The notes beneath the pieces were generated by a model, which was not told the DNA's origin, searched no databases, and saw nothing but the letters and a program-made list of their open reading frames with translations. From assembly GCA_964655115.1 (NCBI GenBank), contig CAZZKM010000001.1:27708-91707 (forward strand): a DNA stretch of 64,000 nt. The letters run 5' to 3'. The translations under genes and the position numbers were made by a program. Source of the DNA: an uncultured Bifidobacterium sp. GTDB lineage: Bacteria; Actinomycetota; Actinomycetes; S36-B12; UBA5976. Shown piece by piece: positions 28,452 through 40,461 of the stretch. Each line of letters starts with the position of its first letter. Within the stretch, counting starts at the first letter, position 1.

Positions 28452-29765
28452 TTGTCAGCTGCTCGGCGAACAGAACCAAATATTCGCACCTACGTTCTTG
28501 ATACCAGCGTTCTGCTCTCAGATCCCAAAGCAATGTATCGCTTTGCTGAACATGAAATTGTTATTCCTTTAATAGTGGTCACTGAATTAGAAGCAAAAAG
28601 AACTCATCCTGAACTTGGTTTTTTTGCCAGAGAAGCTCTTCGACAACTTGATGAAATGAGAATTGAACACGGTCGTCTTGATTTACCAATGAAAGTAAAT
28701 GAAGAAGGTGGGGAATTAAGTGTTGATATGTCACAAATTAATGCATCCCTTTTACCAAGTGCTTTTTCTTTAGATAATGACGGAATTATTTTGGCTACAG
28801 CCAAATTACTTTCAACACAAGGTGCAGATGTATATGTTGTAAGTAAAGACTTACCAATGCGGGTTAAAGCATCAGCGCTTGGTTTATCAGCTCAGGAATA
28901 TCGCGCAGAATTTGTGGCATCCTCTGGTTGGACAGGGACAGCAGATGTTGAATTAGGTGAAACAGAAGTAAATGATTTGTATTCAAATGGTTTTATTGAT
29001 CATGATTCTGCAAGACAACTTCCATGCCATACAGGTTTAATTCTTACTTCCAATAAAGGAAGTGCATTAGGAAGAGTCACAACTGATAAAAGAATTAAAT
29101 TAGTAAGAGGCGATATTGATGCGTTTGGAATTCATGGCAGGAGCGCTGAACAACGTTTAGCTCTTGATTTATTACTTGATGATGAAGTTGGAATTGTTTC
29201 TTTAGGTGGAAGAGCAGGAACTGGAAAAAGTGCATTAGCAATTTGTGCTGGTTTAGAACATGTTTTAGAAAGAAGAAATCATCGAAAAGTTATGGTCTTT
29301 AGACCTTTGTATGCAGTAGGTGGACAAGATTTGGGTTATTTACCAGGTACAGAAGGTGAAAAAATGAGTCCTTGGGCTCAAGCAGTTTTTGACACCCTAG
29401 GTGCCATTGCTTCTCCTGAAGTGATTCAAGAAATAGTTGCTCGCGATCTTATTGAAGTTTTACCACTGACTCATATTCGTGGAAGATCTTTACATGATTC
29501 ATTTGTCATTGTTGATGAAGCACAAAGTCTAGAAAGAAATGTTTTATTAACTGTCCTTTCCAGAATTGGTAAAGGTTCAAAAGTTGTCTTAACACATGAC
29601 GTTGCCCAAAGAGATAATTTAAGAGTGGGAAGACACGATGGTGTAGTTGCAGTAGTGGAAAAACTTAAAGGACATCCTTTATTTGCCCACGTAACATTAA
29701 CTCGTTCTGAACGTTCACCGATTGCTGCTTTAGTTACTGATTTATTAGAAGATTTTCCAGTTTAA
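28452..29765 (+). CDS. phoH2: PIN-PhoH fusion protein (PhoH2)
   Basis: PIN domain [24 protein letters not shown] and DEAQSL motifs. Confidence 0.95.
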   Translation: MSAARRTEPNIRTYVLDTSVLLSDPKAMYRFAEHEIVIPLIVVTELEAKRTHPELGFFAREALRQLDEMRIEHGRLDLPMKVNEEGGELSVDMSQINASLLPSAFSLDNDGIILATAKLLSTQGADVYVVSKDLPMRVKASALGLSAQEYRAEFVASSGWTGTADVELGETEVNDLYSNGFIDHDSARQLPCHTGLILTSNKGSALGRVTTDKRIKLVRGDIDAFGIHGRSAEQRLALDLLLDDEVGIVSLGGRAGTGKSALAICAGLEHVLERRNHRKVMVFRPLYAVGGQDLGYLPGTEGEKMSPWAQAVFDTLGAIASPEVIQEIVARDLIEVLPLTHIRGRSLHDSFVIVDEAQSLERNVLLTVLSRIGKGSKVVLTHDVAQRDNLRVGRHDGVVAVVEKLKGHPLFAHVTLTRSERSPIAALVTDLLEDFPV

Positions 29766-29767
29766 TT

Positions 29768-31435
29768 TCAGCCAGAATCCGGTCCAACTGGAATAGTTTT
29801 TCCTAAACTTTTTGTGGTTGTGTCAAAGAAATTATTTCCTTTATCGTCAACCACAACAAATGCAGGAAAATCTACAATGTCTATTTTCCATACAGCTTCC
29901 ATCCCTAGTTCTTCAAAATCTAGGACTTCAACTTTTTTAATACACTCTTGAGCAAGTAATGCTGCAGGTCCACCGATAGATCCTAAATAAAAACCACCAT
30001 TGTTTTTACATGCATTTGTTACAACTTGGCTTCTATTTCCTTTGGCCAACATAATCATTGAGCCACCATTTTTTTGGAAACGATCCACATAGGAATCCAT
30101 ACGTCCTGCAGTTGTGGGACCAAAAGATCCAGATGCCATTCCTTTAGGAGTTTTAGCAGGACCTGCGTAATAAACAGCGTGATTTTTCATGTATTCAGGC
30201 ATTGGTTTTCCATCATCAAGCATTTGATTTATTTTGGCATGTGCTAAATCTCTTGCCACAATCATTGAGCCAGATAAAGAAACTCTTGACTTGACTGAAA
30301 GTTTTGATAATTGAGCTAAAACTTCTTTCATTGGTTTATTCAAATCAATTTTTACAACATCGTCATTTAAATGCTCATCAGTTGTCTCTGGTAAAAATTG
30401 CGCAGGATCTGTTTCTAATTGTTCAAGAAAAACTCCGTCTTTATTAATTTTGGCAAGAATTTGTCTATCTGCTGCACAAGAAACAGCGATAGAAACTGGA
30501 AGTGATGCTCCATGGCGAGGAAGTCTGATAACTCTTACATCATGGCAAAAATATTTTCCTCCAAATTGTGCACCAATTCCAAATGTTTGACTCATCTTTA
30601 AAACATGTTCTTCCATTTCTAAATCTCTAAATCCATGACCAAGTAAAGATCCTTTTGTAGGTAAGGAATCTAGTGCTCTTGTGGTGGCAAGCTTTGCAAC
30701 TTTTAATGAATATTCAGCACTTGTGCCACCAATAACAATTGCCAAATGATACGGAGGACAAGCTGCTGTGCCTAAAAGTCTTAACTTTTCTTCCAAAAAT
30801 TCATCTAACTTGCCAGGATTTAATAATGCTTTTGTTTCTTGATACATCAAAGATTTATTTGCAGAACCTCCACCTTTGGCCATAAACATAAATGAATATT
30901 CCAATTCATGACCTGGTTTGGTATCTGCATAAATTTCAATTTGAGCAGGTAAATTTGTGCCAGTATTTTTTTCTTCCCACATTGAAAGTGGAGCAAGTTG
31001 AGAATAACGAAGATTTAATTGTTGATAAGCATTAAATACACCTTCTGAAATTATTTCTTCATCGTGTGAATTAGTAATAACATTTGAACCTCTTTTGCCA
31101 GTGATAATTACAGTTCCTGTGTCTTGACACATTGGAAGCACTCCACCGGATGAAATATTGGCATTCTTTAAAAGATCAAGAGCTACGAATTTATCGTTAT
31201 TACTTGCTTCTTTGTCGTCAAGAATTTTTCTTAATTGTTTTAAATGATTTGTTCTTAAATAATGTTGCGAATCATGCATAGCTTCAAAGGTCAGTTTTTT
31301 TATAGTTTCAGGTTCAATTACCAAAAACTCTTTATTACCCATTTTTTCAATTTTGAAACCTGAATCAGATATTTTTCTGTAGGTAGTTTTATCTTCGCCT
31401 AAAGGCAAAAGTTCTGTGTATTGAAACTCTGCCAT
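29768..31435 (-). CDS. Fumarate hydratase class I (Fe-S)
   Basis: [41 protein letters not shown] and GPTTAGRMD motifs. Confidence 0.96.
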   Translation of the reverse strand: MAEFQYTELLPLGEDKTTYRKISDSGFKIEKMGNKEFLVIEPETIKKLTFEAMHDSQHYLRTNHLKQLRKILDDKEASNNDKFVALDLLKNANISSGGVLPMCQDTGTVIITGKRGSNVITNSHDEEIISEGVFNAYQQLNLRYSQLAPLSMWEEKNTGTNLPAQIEIYADTKPGHELEYSFMFMAKGGGSANKSLMYQETKALLNPGKLDEFLEEKLRLLGTAACPPYHLAIVIGGTSAEYSLKVAKLATTRALDSLPTKGSLLGHGFRDLEMEEHVLKMSQTFGIGAQFGGKYFCHDVRVIRLPRHGASLPVSIAVSCAADRQILAKINKDGVFLEQLETDPAQFLPETTDEHLNDDVVKIDLNKPMKEVLAQLSKLSVKSRVSLSGSMIVARDLAHAKINQMLDDGKPMPEYMKNHAVYYAGPAKTPKGMASGSFGPTTAGRMDSYVDRFQKNGGSMIMLAKGNRSQVVTNACKNNGGFYLGSIGGPAALLAQECIKKVEVLDFEELGMEAVWKIDIVDFPAFVVVDDKGNNFFDTTTKSLGKTIPVGPDSG

Positions 31436-31526
31436 CGCAAGTTTTCCTTCCAGAACTAAAACTTTCTTTCATCTTACGCCTATGCACAAGAAGCGAGAAA
31501 TTGAAACTTCGGTAACAATAGGAAGT

Positions 31527-32063
31527 ATGAGTCAGAAAAAATCTCGCACACTTCAATCAGTTTCTGACATGGTCCTGTCTTTAATTGTCACTGGATTGTT
31601 AGTTGGGTCACTTGCAACTTTTGTATGGTTTACCAGACAAGATTCAGAAGTTGTTTTAAGACCAATTGATTGGCAAGGAGTAGCACTTGGTGCAAAAGAA
31701 AGAACAGACTTACCAACATATGGACCAATTGGATTAAGTAAAGAATGGAATGCCACCAGCGCAAGATTAGAAACAGTTGGAGATTCCCAAGTTTGGAGAG
31801 TTGGAGTTGTTACTCCCAGTCAAGAATTTATTAGTGTAATTGTTTCAAAAACTGAAATTAAAAGATTAATTAAAACTTATACAACTTTGAAATTCGAAAA
31901 TGAACAGACAAAAGTAATTAACAATAAAACTTATACAGTATTAGAAAATGAAAACGAACAGCTTTTGTTTATTAATGAAAATAATGTGAATGTCTTGATC
32001 TATACCACTACAAATTGGGAAGAAATAAATACTTTTATTTCCAAACTAGGTATTCCTAGTTAG
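31527..32063 (+). CDS. DUF4245-family protein
   Basis: DMVLSL plus TM segment, then WNATSAR and WRVGVVTP motifs; conserved position beside xseB. Start moved to ATG 31527. Confidence 0.85.
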   Translation: MSQKKSRTLQSVSDMVLSLIVTGLLVGSLATFVWFTRQDSEVVLRPIDWQGVALGAKERTDLPTYGPIGLSKEWNATSARLETVGDSQVWRVGVVTPSQEFISVIVSKTEIKRLIKTYTTLKFENEQTKVINNKTYTVLENENEQLLFINENNVNVLIYTTTNWEEINTFISKLGIPS

Positions 32064-32269
32064 TCTTCTTCCTCTTCATCTTCAGTTAGAGCTTCTAAAC
32101 GCTCTTGTGCTGAATCTAAAATATTTTGACAAAGAAGAGCTAGTTGTTCACCTTTTTCCCAAAGTTTTAAAGTTTCCTCCAAAGCCAAATTTCCTGATTC
32201 AAGTTGGGTGACAATCTCTTCTAAAGCAGTTCTTGCTTGTTCATAACTTAAGTTCGCATCTTTGGCCAT
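32060..32269 (-). CDS. xseB: Exodeoxyribonuclease VII small subunit
   Basis: LSYEQARTALEEIVTQLESG and LEETLKLWEKG motifs. Confidence 0.95.
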   Translation of the reverse strand: MAKDANLSYEQARTALEEIVTQLESGNLALEETLKLWEKGEQLALLCQNILDSAQERLEALTEDEEEED

Positions 32270-32288
32270 GGTTTAACTATATTTCCTT

Positions 32289-33497
32289 TTACTTTTTGAC
32301 TTCTGCTTGGAGGGAATCTTTTTCAAGTCGAATTTGCAGTAATTCACCAGTTTTTACGTCAGTTTCTTTTCTAACTAATTTGCCATCTTTTTTTTGCACG
32401 ATTGCAAATCCTCTAGCCAGGGTACTTAGAGGAGAAAGAGTTCTAAGTTGAGCAAGTCTTGGCTTAAACCAAGTTTGTTCACCATAAATTTTAGTTGATA
32501 TAAGATTTCTTAAATTTGTTTTTAATTCAAGAATTACATCTCTATGAGATTGTATGAATTCTTTTGGTGAATCAAGCGCTGATTTTTCTAGTAATCTTTC
32601 TAAGCTAACTTGTTCTTTTTCAATTCGATTACCAATTATTTCGCGCATTCTAAAAATCCAGTCATCAATTAATTCAATTTCATCTTCTAAGTCAGGAACT
32701 AATTTTGAAGCTGCATCAGTTGGAGTTGATGCTCTTAAGTCTGCAACATAATCTAAAAGGGGATTATCTTGTTCATGACCAATTGCGCTAATCACTGGAA
32801 TATTTGAAGCAGCAACTGCTCTTAATAACATTTCATCTGAAAAAGGAAGTAAATCTTCAAATGATCCACCACCACGAGTAATCACTATTACTTCAACTTC
32901 ATTTTCTGCATTTAATTGTGCAAGAGCAGCTCTTACTTCAGATGAAGATTTAACACCTTGGACTGCAACTTCATGAACATCAAATTCAATTCCTGGCCAA
33001 CGAAGCATGGTATTTTCCATGACATCTTTCATGGCAGCACTTGCTCTGCCACAAATCAAACCGATTTTTTTAGGTAAGAATGGAATTGGCTTCTTTTTTT
33101 CTGGAGCAAACAAACCTTCTTTTAATAATTGTTGTTTTAATTTTTCTAGCGCAATCATTAATTCACCTAATCCAACTGGTTGGATTCTTCTTGCTCTAAA
33201 AACTAATGAACCTCGATTCATCCAAAATTCAGGTTTGCCATGAACTAAAACTCTTTGACCACTTTCTATTTCAGAAGGAGCATCATCTAAAACAGAACGA
33301 TTGAAAACAACATTTAAGGTTGCTTCTGCAGAAACATCTCTAAGATCAACAAACACCCAATCACTTCCAGGTCTAATTTTTATTGAAGTAATTTGTCCTT
33401 CAATCCAGACAGAAGGCATTTGGGAAATAATTTCTGATAAAGCTCTTGAGGCATCTTTGACTTGGATTGCTTCTTCGGGACTTTGACCTGACTTCAT
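32289..33497 (-). CDS. xseA: Exodeoxyribonuclease VII large subunit
   Basis: VWIEGQIT, RGGGSFEDL and SAIGHE...TPTDAA motifs. Start moved to ATG 33497, 6 nt after TACGCT. Confidence 0.96.
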   Translation of the reverse strand: MKSGQSPEEAIQVKDASRALSEIISQMPSVWIEGQITSIKIRPGSDWVFVDLRDVSAEATLNVVFNRSVLDDAPSEIESGQRVLVHGKPEFWMNRGSLVFRARRIQPVGLGELMIALEKLKQQLLKEGLFAPEKKKPIPFLPKKIGLICGRASAAMKDVMENTMLRWPGIEFDVHEVAVQGVKSSSEVRAALAQLNAENEVEVIVITRGGGSFEDLLPFSDEMLLRAVAASNIPVISAIGHEQDNPLLDYVADLRASTPTDAASKLVPDLEDEIELIDDWIFRMREIIGNRIEKEQVSLERLLEKSALDSPKEFIQSHRDVILELKTNLRNLISTKIYGEQTWFKPRLAQLRTLSPLSTLARGFAIVQKKDGKLVRKETDVKTGELLQIRLEKDSLQAEVKK

Positions 33498-33555
33498 GAA
33501 AACAGCGTAGATGCTCAAGATGCTTTCCTCAACGCCAACGCATACGATATTTAAT

Positions 33556-34518
33556 ATGACTTCAACAGGCAAAGTTCTTTTGGCAGCACCTCGTGGATAT
33601 TGTGCCGGGGTTGATAGAGCTGTTGTAACAGTTGAAAAAGCACTTCAAGTTCACGGTGCTCCTGTTTATGTCAGAAAACAAATAGTGCATAACAAACATG
33701 TGGTTGAAACTTTAGAAAAAAAAGGCGTCATTTTTGTTGACGAATTAACAGAAGTTCCAGAAGGCTCATTGGTTGTCTTTAGTGCTCATGGAGTTTCTCC
33801 AGCAGTTCATGAAGAAGCTAAACAAAGAAACTTAAAAACTATTGATGCAACCTGCCCACTTGTTACAAAAGTTCATAATGAAGCAAAAAGATTTGCTAAA
33901 GATGGCTACAAGATTTTACTTATCGGACATGAAGGTCATGAAGAAGTTGAAGGCACAATGGGTGAAGCTCCAGACAACATGATTTTAGTTGATGGTCTTG
34001 ATCAAGTTGAAAAATTAAATTTGAAAGATGATGAAAAAGTTGCATGGTTATCTCAAACCACATTGTCAGTGGATGAAACTTTAGAAACTGTTCATGCTTT
34101 AAAGAAAAAACTTCCAGTATTAATGGATCCACCATCAGATGACATTTGCTATGCAACGCAAAATCGTCAAGCAGCTGTTAAAAATATTGCTCCAAAAGTT
34201 GATGTGTTAATTGTGGTTGGATCAAGCAATTCCTCTAACTCTGTGCGCTTAGTGGATGTGGCTTTAGAGGCAGGGGTTAAAAAAGCTTTTCGAATCGATT
34301 TTGCACATGAATTAAAAAAGGAATGGTTTGAGGGTGCAAAATCAGTAGGACTTACCAGTGGTGCATCTGTACCTGAAGAATTAGTAAATGGTGTTTTGAA
34401 ATGGTTAGATGAAAATGGTTTTGGTGATGTTGAAGAAGTTGAAACCATCGAAGAACATATTCAGTTTGCTTTACCAGTTGAAATTAGAAAAGATTTAAAA
34501 GCTGCTCTTAAGAATTAA
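33556..34518 (+). CDS. ispH: 4-hydroxy-3-methylbut-2-enyl diphosphate reductase
   Basis: [28 protein letters not shown] and SSNS motifs. Start moved to ATG 33556, 7 nt after TACGAT. Confidence 0.98.
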   Translation: MTSTGKVLLAAPRGYCAGVDRAVVTVEKALQVHGAPVYVRKQIVHNKHVVETLEKKGVIFVDELTEVPEGSLVVFSAHGVSPAVHEEAKQRNLKTIDATCPLVTKVHNEAKRFAKDGYKILLIGHEGHEEVEGTMGEAPDNMILVDGLDQVEKLNLKDDEKVAWLSQTTLSVDETLETVHALKKKLPVLMDPPSDDICYATQNRQAAVKNIAPKVDVLIVVGSSNSSNSVRLVDVALEAGVKKAFRIDFAHELKKEWFEGAKSVGLTSGASVPEELVNGVLKWLDENGFGDVEEVETIEEHIQFALPVEIRKDLKAALKN

Positions 34519-35158
34519 ATCTTTTAACTCTTATGTAAGTAATTAAGAATGCTAAAACAGTTGATCCAACCATCCAAGGTGCATTAAAAGCTAAAGTTGT
34601 CAAAAGCATTGCAACTTGTTTGAGCATAAAACTTCCGGCAGAACTTAAAGTTAACTGTCCAAGAATTAAGACAATTAGGAAATAGGCGATAGGGCCTGAA
34701 ATAACTGGATCCCAATAATGTCTTGATTCAATAGTTGCGGCTAGATAAATAAGAGTCATAGAATAAGCAAGACTTGTAATAATTCCAATTCTTCCAGTTA
34801 GTAATACGTCTAATAATCCAATAACTAGTGGCACAACCAAAATTAAAATTACTGCAGTTTTTGCAGGAAGCGGCGGTTGAAGCCAAGAAACTCTTTGCGC
34901 AAAAGAAATTCTTTCTCTTTCTTCTTGTTGAAGTTGTTCAGTTAAAACTGGATTACTTGAAGTTCCTTTATAAAAGTTTTCAACTTTTTTTGCAATTTCT
35001 TGGGAATCAGCAAATTTATCTGTTGCAGCAGATTCTTTTCTTCTAGCTAGTGCTGGATAAGCGTTTTCACTTTGTGGACCAGTTGCGCCAACTGCGCGAT
35101 AGTAACGAGGTTCTAATTCTCTTTTGTTATCTTCAGCCACGAGTACTACCGTATCCAA
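34508..35158 (-). CDS. Membrane protein, DUF6542-like
   Basis: Four C-terminal TM helices; occupies the conserved slot after ispH. Confidence 0.6.
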   Translation of the reverse strand: MDTVVLVAEDNKRELEPRYYRAVGATGPQSENAYPALARRKESAATDKFADSQEIAKKVENFYKGTSSNPVLTEQLQQEERERISFAQRVSWLQPPLPAKTAVILILVVPLVIGLLDVLLTGRIGIITSLAYSMTLIYLAATIESRHYWDPVISGPIAYFLIVLILGQLTLSSAGSFMLKQVAMLLTTLAFNAPWMVGSTVLAFLITYIRVKRFNS

Positions 35159-35169
35159 TAACTATTGAA

Positions 35170-36300
35170 TTAGTCGTCCAGGCCTTCTAGTTCTAACTTT
35201 CCAGTCTCACCGCTATATCGAGAGTTGGTTAATCCTGTGGAGATTTCTTCAGGTGCATCAATTTGTTTATTACTTGGCACACCCTTTTGGGCAAGTCGTT
35301 TAGCTTGAGAAACCGCTTGTCGATCAAATGAAGAAACAAAACTGTTATAGCCATCAACTGCTTTATTTAATCCAGCTCTTAAATTTTCAATATGTTCAAC
35401 TAATTTTGCTAATCGCTTAAGCATTTCTGCTCCCATATTTCGTATTTCTTCAGCATTACTATTTAAATCCTTTTCATTCCAACCAAAAGCAATAGTTCTT
35501 AAAAGACCTAGCATGGTAGTTGGTGTTGCAGGAATTACATTTTTTCCAAAAGCTTTTTCCAATAACAAACCATCAAAATCTAGCGCTGCTGTTAATAAAG
35601 ATTCAAATGGTAAGAATAAAATCACAAAATTTGGAGATTTACTACCAGTTGATTGATATTGCTTATTTGATAATTCATTTATTCTTTTAAGTAAATCTTT
35701 AGAATGCTTATCCAGTAATGAATTTCTTTGAGCTAAATCTTCAAAACCCATGGCATCAAAGAAAGCATCCCAAGGAAATTTTGCATCAATTACAACTTCG
35801 CCACCACCTGCAAGCAAGATTGAAATATCTGGACGAGCAATTCCATCTTCAGCAACTCTGGAATCTTGTCTTAAAAAATGTGTACCTTCTATTAAGCCTG
35901 CATGTTTGAGTAGTTGCTCTAATTGCATTTCGCCATATTGGCCCCTGGTTTGACCTTTACCCATAGCCGCAGCAATTTGTCTAGTAGAGGTATCTAAGGA
36001 TTCATTTCTTTCTTTAATCAATTTCATTTCAGTTTTTAATATGGATTCTGCTTCAATTCTTCTTCTATCGGCATCTTCAGACTTTATTTTTAATTCATCA
36101 ATTGCTTTTTGTACAGGTTTTAGCATTTGATCTATTGAAGTTGCGGCAAGATTTGCTTGTTCTAATGTGGTGTTTCTTTCTTCTAATGATTGAACTTTTC
36201 CTTGTAATAGAACAGATCTTTGTTTTCCAATAAACCAAGCAAATGGTGAAGCAATAACTACACCAATGACTATTCCTAAAATTAAACTTGTTATTTGCAT
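35170..36300 (-). CDS. rmuC: DNA recombination protein RmuC
   Basis: RGQYGEMQLE, RPD...VVIDAKFP, PNFVILFLPFE and ATPTTMLGLLRT motifs. Confidence 0.95.
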   Translation of the reverse strand: MQITSLILGIVIGVVIASPFAWFIGKQRSVLLQGKVQSLEERNTTLEQANLAATSIDQMLKPVQKAIDELKIKSEDADRRRIEAESILKTEMKLIKERNESLDTSTRQIAAAMGKGQTRGQYGEMQLEQLLKHAGLIEGTHFLRQDSRVAEDGIARPDISILLAGGGEVVIDAKFPWDAFFDAMGFEDLAQRNSLLDKHSKDLLKRINELSNKQYQSTGSKSPNFVILFLPFESLLTAALDFDGLLLEKAFGKNVIPATPTTMLGLLRTIAFGWNEKDLNSNAEEIRNMGAEMLKRLAKLVEHIENLRAGLNKAVDGYNSFVSSFDRQAVSQAKRLAQKGVPSNKQIDAPEEISTGLTNSRYSGETGKLELEGLDD

Positions 36301-36363
36301 ATATATAAGTGTGTATTAATGGGCTGACAATCGCATCCTGGACTCGCCAATAGGATAGAAACT

Positions 36364-37437
36364 ATGGCTTTATCCGTGGGAATTGTTGGTTTACCTAATG
36401 TTGGTAAATCTACTTTGTTTAATGCGTTAACTAAAAATAATGTTTTAGCAGCTAATTACCCTTTTGCCACAATTGAGCCAAATGTTGGGGTAGTAGGTGT
36501 TCCTGATGAAAGATTAAAAACTTTAGCCAACATTTTTTCTTCCCAAGAAATACTTCCTGCCACAGTTTCATTTGTTGATATCGCAGGAATTGTTAAAGGT
36601 GCATCAGAAGGTGCAGGACTAGGAAATAAATTTTTAGCAAACATTAGAGAAACAGATGCAATTTGTCAGGTTATTCGAGTTTTTGAAGATCCAGATGTAG
36701 TTCACGTTGATGGAAAAGTTTCACCTTTAGATGACATTGAAACAATTAATACAGAATTAATTCTTGCTGACATTCAAACTATTGATAAAGCAATTCCTAG
36801 ATTGGAAAAAGAAGCTCGAGGTAACAAAGAAAAAACAGAGCTTCTAGAAGAAGCAAAAAAAGCAAGAACAGCACTTGATACAGGAAAAACTGTATTTGCT
36901 GCCAAATTAGATTTAAAAGTATTAAAAGAACTGTTTCTTTTAACTGCTAAACCTTTTCTTTATGTATTTAATGTTGATGAATCAGGCTTAGGTAATGAAT
37001 TGTTACAGGCACCTTTACGTAAATTAGTAGAACCTGCTGAGGCAATTTTTGTGAATGCAAAATTAGAAACAGATTTAGCAGAATTAAGTGAAGAAGAAGC
37101 AAAAGACTTATTATTATCTGTTGGTCAAAGTGAATCAGGTTTAGCTAGATTGGCTAGAGTAGCCTTTGACACCTTAGGTTTGCAGACTTATTTGACTGCT
37201 GGTCCAAAAGAAGCAAGAGCTTGGACTATTCATAAAGGTGACACAGCCCCTGAAGCTGCAGGTGTAATTCATACTGATTTTCAAAAAGGATTTATTAAAG
37301 CTGAAATTGTTTCCTTTAAAGATTTAGTTGAAGCAGGCTCACTTAATGAAGCAAAAGCAAAAGGCAAAGTTCGAATGGAAGGAAAAGATTACGTCATGCA
37401 AGACGGTGACGTAGTTGAATTTAGATTCAACGTTTAA
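36364..37437 (+). CDS. ychF: Redox-regulated ATPase YchF
   Basis: GIVGLPNVGKST, NYPFATIEPN, DIAGIVKGAS and YVMQDGDVVEFRFNV motifs. Confidence 0.98.
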   Translation: MALSVGIVGLPNVGKSTLFNALTKNNVLAANYPFATIEPNVGVVGVPDERLKTLANIFSSQEILPATVSFVDIAGIVKGASEGAGLGNKFLANIRETDAICQVIRVFEDPDVVHVDGKVSPLDDIETINTELILADIQTIDKAIPRLEKEARGNKEKTELLEEAKKARTALDTGKTVFAAKLDLKVLKELFLLTAKPFLYVFNVDESGLGNELLQAPLRKLVEPAEAIFVNAKLETDLAELSEEEAKDLLLSVGQSESGLARLARVAFDTLGLQTYLTAGPKEARAWTIHKGDTAPEAAGVIHTDFQKGFIKAEIVSFKDLVEAGSLNEAKAKGKVRMEGKDYVMQDGDVVEFRFNV

Positions 37438-37446
37438 AAGGGATAA

Positions 37447-39315
37447 ATGACAATAAAAACTAGAGAAGACATTAGAAATTTAGCAATCATCGCTCACGTT
37501 GATCATGGAAAAACTACTTTGGTTGATGCCATGTTATGGCAATCAGGTGCATTTAGAGAAAACCAAGATGTGAATGAAAGAGTCATGGACTCAACAGATT
37601 TAGAAAGAGAAAAAGGCATCACAATTTTGGCAAAAAATACTGCCATTAAATATGTAGAAAAAGATTTAGCACCAAATGGAGTAATCATCAATATTGTTGA
37701 TACTCCAGGTCACGCCGATTTTGGAGGCGAAGTTGAACGCGGACTTGAAATGGTTGACGGAGTTGTTTTATTAGTTGATGCAAGTGAAGGACCACTCCCA
37801 CAAACTAGATTTGTGTTAAGAAAAGCTTTACAAAAAAGATTACCCGTAATTTTAGTTATTAATAAAACAGATAGATCAGATTCAAGAATTGAAGCAGTAG
37901 TAAATGAAACTTATGATTTATTTATTGATCTGGCAGATGATTCAATGACACACGTTTTAGATTTTCCAATTGTTTATGCTTCAGCTAGAGCAGGACGTGC
38001 CAGTTTAAATAGACCACCTGATGGCAGTGTGCCAGATTCAGAAAATTTAAGACCTTTATTTGAAACTATTTTAAAAACTGTTCCAGCACCAACATTTGAA
38101 GAAAATGCTCCATTACAAGCTCATGTTACAAACCTTGATGCTTCAGCTTATTTAGGACGACTTGCACTTTGTCGAGTAAGAAATGGAACTATCAAAAAAG
38201 GTCAAACTGTTTCTTGGATGAAAACAAATGGAGAAGTGCAAAAAGTAAAAATTAGTGAATTACTTATTACCCAAGCTTTAGAAAGAGTTCCAGTTGAAGA
38301 AGCTGGCCCTGGAGATTTAATTGCTGTTGCTGGAATTGAAGAAATCACTATTGGGGAAACTTTGGCAGATGCTGAAAATCCTGTTGCATTACCTGTAATC
38401 AAAGTCGATGAACCAAGTATTTCTATGTTTATTGGTACTAATACTTCTCCTTTAGCTGGAAAATCTGGAACTAAAATGACAGCCAGATTATTAAAAAACC
38501 GATTAGATCAAGAATTAATTGGAAATGTTTCATTAAGAGTTTTTGACACAGATAGACCTGATACTTGGGAAGTTCAAGGTAGAGGTGAATTACAACTTGC
38601 AATTTTAGTTGAAATTATGAGACGAGAAGGTTTTGAATTAACTGTTGGTAAACCTCAAGTAGTTACAAAAACAATTGATGGCAAAGTTCATGAACCAGTT
38701 GAAAGATTAACTATTGATGTACCAGAAGATTTTGTTGGAGTAGTGACACAATTACTTGGGTTAAGAAAAGGTCGTATGGAACAAATGACAAATCACGGAA
38801 GTGGTTGGGTCAGAATGGAATATTTAGTTCCAGCCAGAGGTCTTATTGGATTTAGAACTGAATTTTTAACTGAAACTCGTGGTACTGGATTAATGCATCA
38901 TGTGTTTGATAGATATGAACCTTGGCATGGTGAAGTAAGAACTAGACCAACCGGATCATTAATTGCAGATAGATCAGGTGCTGCAACTTCTTATGCTGCA
39001 TTTTCAATTCAAGAAAGAGGATCACTATTTATTGGTCCAGGAATTGAAGTTTACGAAGGAATGATTATTGGAGAAAATTCTCGAGCAGATGACATGGATG
39101 TAAATATCACTAAAGAAAAGAAGTTAACCAATATGAGAGCTTCTGGTTCTGATGACACAGTTCATTTAGTGCCACCAAAATTAATGTCTTTAGAGCAATC
39201 CTTGGAATTTTTAAGAGAAGACGAATGTGTGGAAGTCACCCCTGAAACTGTTCGAATTCGGAAAGTGATTTTGAACCAAGGTGAGAGAAATCGCGCTAAA
39301 TCACGCAATAAATAG
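37447..39315 (+). CDS. typA: Translational GTPase TypA/BipA
   Basis: [15 protein letters not shown]-like [23 protein letters not shown] and GRGELQL motifs. Confidence 0.98.
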   Translation: MTIKTREDIRNLAIIAHVDHGKTTLVDAMLWQSGAFRENQDVNERVMDSTDLEREKGITILAKNTAIKYVEKDLAPNGVIINIVDTPGHADFGGEVERGLEMVDGVVLLVDASEGPLPQTRFVLRKALQKRLPVILVINKTDRSDSRIEAVVNETYDLFIDLADDSMTHVLDFPIVYASARAGRASLNRPPDGSVPDSENLRPLFETILKTVPAPTFEENAPLQAHVTNLDASAYLGRLALCRVRNGTIKKGQTVSWMKTNGEVQKVKISELLITQALERVPVEEAGPGDLIAVAGIEEITIGETLADAENPVALPVIKVDEPSISMFIGTNTSPLAGKSGTKMTARLLKNRLDQELIGNVSLRVFDTDRPDTWEVQGRGELQLAILVEIMRREGFELTVGKPQVVTKTIDGKVHEPVERLTIDVPEDFVGVVTQLLGLRKGRMEQMTNHGSGWVRMEYLVPARGLIGFRTEFLTETRGTGLMHHVFDRYEPWHGEVRTRPTGSLIADRSGAATSYAAFSIQERGSLFIGPGIEVYEGMIIGENSRADDMDVNITKEKKLTNMRASGSDDTVHLVPPKLMSLEQSLEFLREDECVEVTPETVRIRKVILNQGERNRAKSRNK

Positions 39316-39395
39316 ACATTGTGCCTTTTGTCTAATCCCTATTCAGTACTAGATTAGAGCACACTGATTTTCAAAATAGGGAAGTGATTTAAGAA

Positions 39396-40358
39396 TTGAC
39401 AATTGAACAGGTGAATCAAATTCAAGGCAGATCTCCTGCACAATTGGCTTGGCTTAGATTTAAAAAAGATAAAGTAGCAATCTTTGCTCTTTTCTTTTCA
39501 AGCTTCATTATTCTGCTTGCTTTATTTGCTCCATTTGTAACAAGTCTTCTTAATATTGATCCATACACCTTAAATAAAGAAACTTTAAATGAATTTGGTT
39601 TACCAAATTCTTCGTTTGGTGGTATTAGTAAAGCCCATCCTTTAGGTGTAGAACCTGGAACTGGTCGAGATATTTTGGCCAGACTAATTTATGGGGCAAG
39701 AATTTCATTAATTGTTGCACTCTTATCTACTTTTTTTACTACATTAATTGGAGTTACTTTAGGAATATGGGCAGGTTATAAAAGAGGTTTAGTTGACACT
39801 GTTATTGGTAGAACTATTGATTTACTTTTAGCATTTCCAAGTTTGTTATTAATTATTGCTCTTGCTCCAGTAATACCTGCTCGTTTAGTTGGCTGGGGTT
39901 TACCTGAAGGAAATGTTTCTCGAATGGCATACATCATTTTGGTTTTATCTTTATTTGGCTGGACTTATATTGCTCGCGTAATGCGTGGACAAGCTTTGAG
40001 TTTAAGAGAAAGAGAATTTGTAGCAGCTGCTCAAGCAAGTGGAGCAAAAACTTCTTACATGGTTTTTAGAGAAATTTTACCTAATCTTTGGGCACCAATA
40101 ATTGTTTATGCATCATTGACAGTTCCTGGTTACATTGCAATTGAAGCAACATTTTCATTTTTAGGTTTAGGTGTTGTTGCCCCAACTCCAGCACTAGGTG
40201 CAATGTTGGCAGATTCTGTTAGATATTTCAGATCTGATCCAACTTATTTATTTATCCCAGGCACCGCATTGTTTTTACTTGTATTAGCTTTCAATCTTTT
40301 TGGTGATGGTTTACGTGATGCTCTTGATCCCAAAGGAGAAAGAGCGCAAAAAATATAA
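39396..40358 (+). CDS. Oligopeptide ABC permease (OppC/BldKA-like)
   Basis: HPLGVEPGTGRDI, LSLREREFVAAA and NLFGDGLRDALDP motifs. Confidence 0.92.
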   Translation: MTIEQVNQIQGRSPAQLAWLRFKKDKVAIFALFFSSFIILLALFAPFVTSLLNIDPYTLNKETLNEFGLPNSSFGGISKAHPLGVEPGTGRDILARLIYGARISLIVALLSTFFTTLIGVTLGIWAGYKRGLVDTVIGRTIDLLLAFPSLLLIIALAPVIPARLVGWGLPEGNVSRMAYIILVLSLFGWTYIARVMRGQALSLREREFVAAAQASGAKTSYMVFREILPNLWAPIIVYASLTVPGYIAIEATFSFLGLGVVAPTPALGAMLADSVRYFRSDPTYLFIPGTALFLLVLAFNLFGDGLRDALDPKGERAQKI

Positions 40359-40364
40359 ATGGTT

Positions 40365-40393
40365 TCTGTTTAGTGCTTGCAAGACTAAACAGA
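40365..40393 (+). other. Hairpin between the permease and SBP genes
   Basis: TCTGTTTAGT / ACTAAACAGA 10-bp inverted repeat around GCTTGCAAG. Confidence 0.6.
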
Positions 40394-40461
40394 GGTTAGA
40401 AAATTAAACATTTTCTAACAACAGTTAAGGCAACGATGCTTTAACTTTTAAGGGAGGACAA

